Assembly (NCBI GenBank): GCA_012295275.1
Contig: CM022670.1
Coordinates: 15,500,001-15,564,000, forward strand
Source: Chrysomallon squamiferum
Lineage: Eukaryota > Animalia > Mollusca
Length of the DNA stretch: 64,000 nucleotides
Direction of reading: 5' to 3'
The position numbers and the translations under genes were made by a program. Of the stretch, positions 59,105 to 64,000 are shown piece after piece; position 1 is the stretch's first letter; each line of letters opens with the position of its first letter. The notes beneath the pieces were generated by a model that did not search any database, had not been told where the DNA came from, and was given only the letters and a program-made list of their open reading frames with translations.

Positions 59105-62100
59105 ATGAACGAAGAAAAAGAGGACGATGATCTGTTTCTAATGAGCTGGGCTGAAAATGATGACGAACTTGCGAGTCCTTTTCCTCAACCCCAGAACGTC
59201 GATTTCAACAGAATCATTGAAATGGACAACCGAGCTCTTAGCGTGAGTATCAAGTCTGCAACTTATTTTATTTATCTTTTTAACAGTGTGTGTGTATATG
59301 GTCCATATAGGTGTGTGTGTGTGCGTGTGTGTGTGTGTGTGTGTATTTGTGTGTGTATGCTGTGAGTGTGTGTCTGTGGTTTTGTGTGCACGAGTGTGTG
59401 GGTGTATTGTATTGTCAGAACGTCGATTTCAACAGAATCATTGAAATGGACAACCGAGCTCTTAACGTGAGTATCAACTCTACAACTTATTTTATTTATC
59501 TTTTTAACTCTGTGTGTTTGTGTGTGTGTGTGTGTGTATGTGTGTGTGTTGTCCATATAGGTGCGTGTTTGCGTGTGTATGTTGTGAGTGTGTGTCTGTG
59601 GTTGTGTGTGTACGCATGTGTGGGTGTTTTTTGTGTTATGTGGTGTACGCGTGTACGTCTGTGTGTTTGTGGCTGGATGAGTGTGTGGGTTTCAGGAACG
59701 ATGAATAAAATTAAACGATTCTTATAACAAAGAGAAAATAATATCAGCGTCAACCGTGAGAATGTTTGTTTGTTTATGGTGACAGATGAGAAATTGATAT
59801 CAAGAATAGTTTAAATGACTGTAGATCATTAATTTGGAAACAGAAACGAGCTTATGAGACCATTTATTCATTTCGCCACAACTAAACACATTTTAGTATT
59901 TTCACATCTGTTACAGATTCCCGCTGGCTTTGTGAGAAGACCTCTGTTCGAAGTTGTCAGGTATCTGATAGAGACGGCTGAAAACGAAGTGGAGGTCGCA
60001 CGCGTCTTGTTTCGCTGGATCACCGCTCAGAACGTCGATCAAGTAATTTGCAATGTCCCGGATCTAAACTCTCTTCCTGGAGACTACGCATGCGTATTGC
60101 TGCAAAAAGTCAAAAATGGCAGACTCGAATATTCTGATATTTACAGAGATATGGCCAGGTAAATATTTTAGTATATGTAAGAAATAGCGGTTTCATTTTT
60201 AAATAAATATAGAATGAAAAAAAAAAGTGAGTGAAGAAAAAAAAAAAAAGAAACCCAGAAAAAGAAAATAACTAAATAAAAAAAAGTAAGTAAAATAAAT
60301 AAATAAATAAATCTGGCACAATTCACTGTTAAGCTAAGTTTCCATAAATGCGGTATGCGAACACGGCATGTGTTGTATTAGAAGGAAATGCATATAGAAT
60401 AATTGCATAGTCAGTAATATGCGATTCGTCACTTGGCCGCGAATGCGAAAAACTGAACTGCTCCAAGTTACAATTTGTGTGGCATCTGTGTTCAAAATCG
60501 AAATTTTACAATTAAAAACAAAACGCACAATTTCAGAAACAATCACCGAACAACTCACTGAACTAGACCGCTCCCCTGCTATCCAAAGCTACTGGATCAC
60601 AAGAAGGACCCTGTTAATATACAGTACAAGGAAGAGCATATCAGAAATATTTGCTGTGAATAAGTTTAATGCTAATCAGGCTAGAGCATCAATGGTCATA
60701 CATATTCAGCTATTCCTTCCTCTCACATAAAGAAAATCCAGCATCTCAGCAAGGAAATCCCCCAAAACAAAATAATATAGAGATTGAAAACGCATGGAAA
60801 ACTTCATATGGAATTTTACAAATCGCAGAAAGCACGATGCATGCTGCATTCGCAGTTAATCAAATCTTAGCTTTTGTCTTAATTGTCACTTTAACAATGG
60901 CAAAATATTAATCAATTCCATTACATCTTAAAATCTTTTTTAATGTTACAGTTATTCTAATCTTGAATGCGTTAAGATATCAGGAGTCCGCAAAATTCTC
61001 TCAGACGAGCCCTGTGCCACTGTGTGCAAGCTTATCGACTGGACGTGGGTGTCTGTTTTGCTGGAGGGCCGCTGGAGATTGATTGACTGCAGCATGGGAG
61101 CCATCTATTGGCAAGAAACCGAACAAAGCGTCCTAGAACAGAATGAAGAAACTGCAATTAGTAATAATGAAGAAACTGCAATTAGTAATAATGAAGAAAC
61201 TGCAATTAGAAATAATGAAGAAACTGTATTTACTAATAATGAAGAAACAGCAATTAATAATAATGAACAAACATCTCTGATTTCCTTTCTCAATAATTTT
61301 TACTTTCTGACTAATCCAAAAGAATTAATATTGTCACATTTTCCAGATCATGAGCACTGGCAACTCTTAGCAAAACCTGTGAAATATGCGGAGTTTGTCA
61401 GTTTGCCTTTTATAAATCCCCAGTACCGTTATTACTCGGTCCAGACAACTCGAAAGGACAGGCTGGACGTTTGGGCGGATAACGGGGAAGTTCTGTTGGA
61501 ATTCACTTTCCCACACACTTTGCCTAATTCACTGTCCTATAGACTGAGAAAGATCGGGGAAAAGAAGTACACAGACTATAAGGAACGTCTGGAAAATGAT
61601 CCTGACAGTAATACGGTTAGAATTAACATAAACCTTCCCGCAAACGGTCTGTATGTCATCGACATGTTCGGTAAAAGTAGTCCGGAGCTGCCGAATACTC
61701 AACTGTGTCATCTGTGTTCGTATTTGATTCGTTGTTTGAATACTGACTCAAATTTAGAAGTATTCCCATCCAGTGAAATGATGAAGTCGGGTCCTCCTTC
61801 GGCAGCAGAAGAGATCGGCATGATTCCCGTCAACAACAGCGAAAGTCTGGTGACGACTGTTGACGGAAAAGCAGAAATCGTCTTCAATTTACGAAAACCG
61901 TTAATATTTGATCAGAAATTAGTCCCCAAAAATTCAACTCGCGAACTTGATTACAATTACGCTCTGAGTAGAATAGAAAACGGACAAGTCGTGTTCAATG
62001 TCACTCCGCCTAGTGAGGGCGACTATTGTTTGAAAATATACGCCAAAGAACAGAAGGAAGACGGCGTATTTCAAAACGTCTGTAACTATTCAATACGATG

Positions 62101-62808
62101 CCCGGGCGTTGCGGTCACACCTTTCCCAAAGGAAGCCTCTGCTAGTGTTGGAGTGTCGGGTTCCTGTGATCGACTGGGACTCAAACTGATTAGTCCGCGG
62201 TCAGCGATCACATATACTCCCGAAGAAGGAAGAATGTCGGTGACGTTTCAGGCTTCTAAAGAAGTCCAGCTGTTACCTACTCTGCAGTACTGCAACGAGG
62301 AAGGAAACGCGGAACATCTTCCAAACTGTGTCGCGCAGACCAAACACAGGAATCGCATAAATCTGCGCTTGAAATTTCCGAAACTTGGACTGTATCTGTT
62401 TTCACTGTACGGCAGGAACCCCGATGAGGACAACGATTTCACGCAGGTTTACAACGCTTTCATACACTGTGACTGGCCGTTAAAGGAAATGTCCGTGGAA
62501 CCCACTTACCTTCCTGCATGGAAGCCCAGTTACAAACTTCACTGGCCAGAAGAGAGTAATGTTCAAGACAGGTCGAATTTAACTTTTTACTTGACGATAC
62601 CAGATGCTTTCGACGTAGTTGTGAACATCCTGGAGAAGAAATATCATATGAGAAAACTGGACGATAATTTATGGGAGTGTTTAATTCCAGCTGGTTCTCC
62701 CAAATCAGTGTTTGAAATCATGGCTTGTCTAGATAGTCGCTTGATGTCATATCTACCAGTGGTCAAGCTTGAAGTGAGTGAGCCGTTTTTATTATTATTA
62801 TTATTATT

Positions 62809-62878
<70 letters not shown>

Positions 62879-63264
62879 TTTTTTTTTTTTTATTTATTTA
62901 GTTAGTTAGTTAGTTAGTTAGTTATATAATTCTGCTATTATTTAAATTTACTTTTACATAAAAGTTTTATACATCACTTTAAAATATATCTTGTATTTAT
63001 CGCTAAAATTTCTTTTAAATAATAGGCTATAACACTAAAATCTTAACAGTTGTTTTTGTACAGTTTATAGCTAAAAACATTCAAATAACAACCTTTAGGT
63101 ATGAATTTTGTCTACATTCCATGTTTTGAGTAACCCTAAAGCAATATACACCATGTATTTAATTTAGCAAAACTGGTGTGGTTAACTTTATTATTTTGTG
63201 TCCTTGTTGTTCTTGTTTTGGGGACTTTTCTTTTTTTCTTTCTTTTTTGTTTTTTTAATTATTA

Positions 63265-63312
<48 letters not shown>

Positions 63313-63643
63313 GTTCGTTTGTTCGCTAATGTTTTGGTTTTTGGGGGTTTTTTGTTTTGTTTTTCAGGTCAAACCACAATCTATCAGAGATGTAAACGAC
63401 TCGGAAGAGGACGGCTTCCATAAATCAATCCAGGCAACAGAAATGAAAAAAGTGAAATGGCGTGATCCTCCGAAAAACTCTGAGTTGGTACATAAAACAG
63501 ATGATGATGATGATTCTCCGCCATCGAATTCACAAAACAGCAAAAACGTTCACACCTCAATGGAATACGGCGACTTCGTTATGGCTTCCTCAGCCTGTGA
63601 AGAGTTTGCGTCAAAAGATTATCATACTGTTAAAAAGTCTATG
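59105..63643 (+). CDS. Hillarin/kyphoscoliosis peptidase (KY)-like protein with transglutaminase-like domain and repeated beta-sandwich modules; probably 3'-incomplete
   Basis: Phase-consistent exons 59105-59242, 59917-60158, 60952-62773, 63368-63643 (donor atg|GTTAGT; the unspliced frame runs on to TAG at 63838). Motifs ARVLFRWIT, CVKISG, GRWRLIDCSMGA, FYFLTNPKELILSHFPDHEHWQLLAKPV, and repeated PxxGxYxxxxxG/A modules. Confidence 0.85.
59192..59640 (+). repeat. About 224-bp tandem duplication spanning the KY-like exon 1 3' end, donor and (TG)n intron start
   Basis: cagaacgtcgatttcaacagaatcattgaaatggacaaccgagctctta(g/a)cgtgagtatcaa... at 59192 and again at 59416. Confidence 0.9.
60316..60894. 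mobile_element. Putative non-autonomous DNA transposon (MITE-like) in KY-like intron 2
   Basis: Imperfect inverted ends of about 60 bp (gcacaattcactgttaagctaagtttccataaatgcg versus cgcagttaatcaaatcttagcttttgtcttaattgtcac); right end GTCACTTTAA resembles TTAA-targeting Kolobok-type ends; left TSD not evident. Confidence 0.4.
61142..61273 (+). repeat. Coding 24-bp tandem repeat (NEETAISN, about 5.5 copies)
   Basis: aatgaagaaactgcaattagtaat units at 61142, 61166, 61190, 61214, 61238 and partial at 61262. Confidence 0.92.
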
Positions 63644-63647
63644 GTTA

Positions 63648-63817
63648 GTGTGTTAGAATTTAATCTGAAAGTTTTAACTGAAGTTGAATTGAGAGTCTTA
63701 CTAGAATTTAAATTTAATGTCTTACTAGAAGTTAAACTGAAAGTGTTACTAGAAGTTAAACTGAAAGTGTTACTAGAATTTAAACTGAAAGTCTTACTAG
63801 AATTTAAACTGAAAGTC
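63648..63817 (+). repeat. 24-bp tandem repeat, about 7 copies (gtcttactagaatttaaactgaaa)
   Basis: Directly after the candidate donor at 63643; open in the exon frame as VLLEFKLK units. Confidence 0.88.
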
Positions 63818-63925
63818 TTCGCTAAGAGTCAAACTTAGTAAATTCTGTAATATCATATAAATGTAAAATGTAAAGTTTTAAATATAGTTATGATGTTTAG
63901 CTTCTGATGTCTCTGTTTCTCTTTT

Positions 63926-63995
<70 letters not shown>

Positions 63996-64000
63996 CATCA

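Noticed and set aside
60419-60911. Extra coding exons in KY-like intron 2
   Set aside because: Flanking exons join in phase into a continuous domain; these ORFs fall inside a putative inverted-repeat element.
62774-62905. Poly-Leu transmembrane tail on the 627-aa ORF
   Set aside because: Run-on into an intronic (TTA)/(TTG) microsatellite after a GAA|GTGAGT donor.

Overview
AT-rich, microsatellite-dense animal genomic DNA with spliceosomal GT-AG introns; gene content and repeats suggest a lophotrochozoan, probably a mollusc (inference). I reconstructed six protein genes by hand. (1) A 9-exon STAR/KH gene of the KHDRBS/Sam68 family (-). (2) An ornithine decarboxylase with 10 coding exons and intact catalytic motifs (-). 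(3) A 4-exon KLF10/11 (cabut-like) gene divergent from ODC (+). (4) A single-exon LRR gene (-). (5) A 3-exon secreted SVWC (Vago/granularin-like) peptide gene that the ORF track misses (-). (6) A hillarin/KY-like transglutaminase-fold gene that probably runs past the window end (+). An 850-bp hAT (Buster/Charlie-like) remnant with a perfect 8-bp TSD lies between KHDRBS and ODC. The main finding is in the spliced ODC 5' leader: an AUU/ACG-initiated 50-codon uORF ending FDFNAEPPWEPS*, the polyamine-sensing uCC. Directly upstream, in the same frame, is a weak-context AUG mini-uORF whose stop is UGA-CUA, a leaky readthrough context, which could give a second route into the uCC. Other points: ODC-KLF10/11 microsynteny, ChoRE-like elements at KLF, and a possible newly duplicated exon in the KY-like gene. 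All gene models are manual and untested against transcripts.
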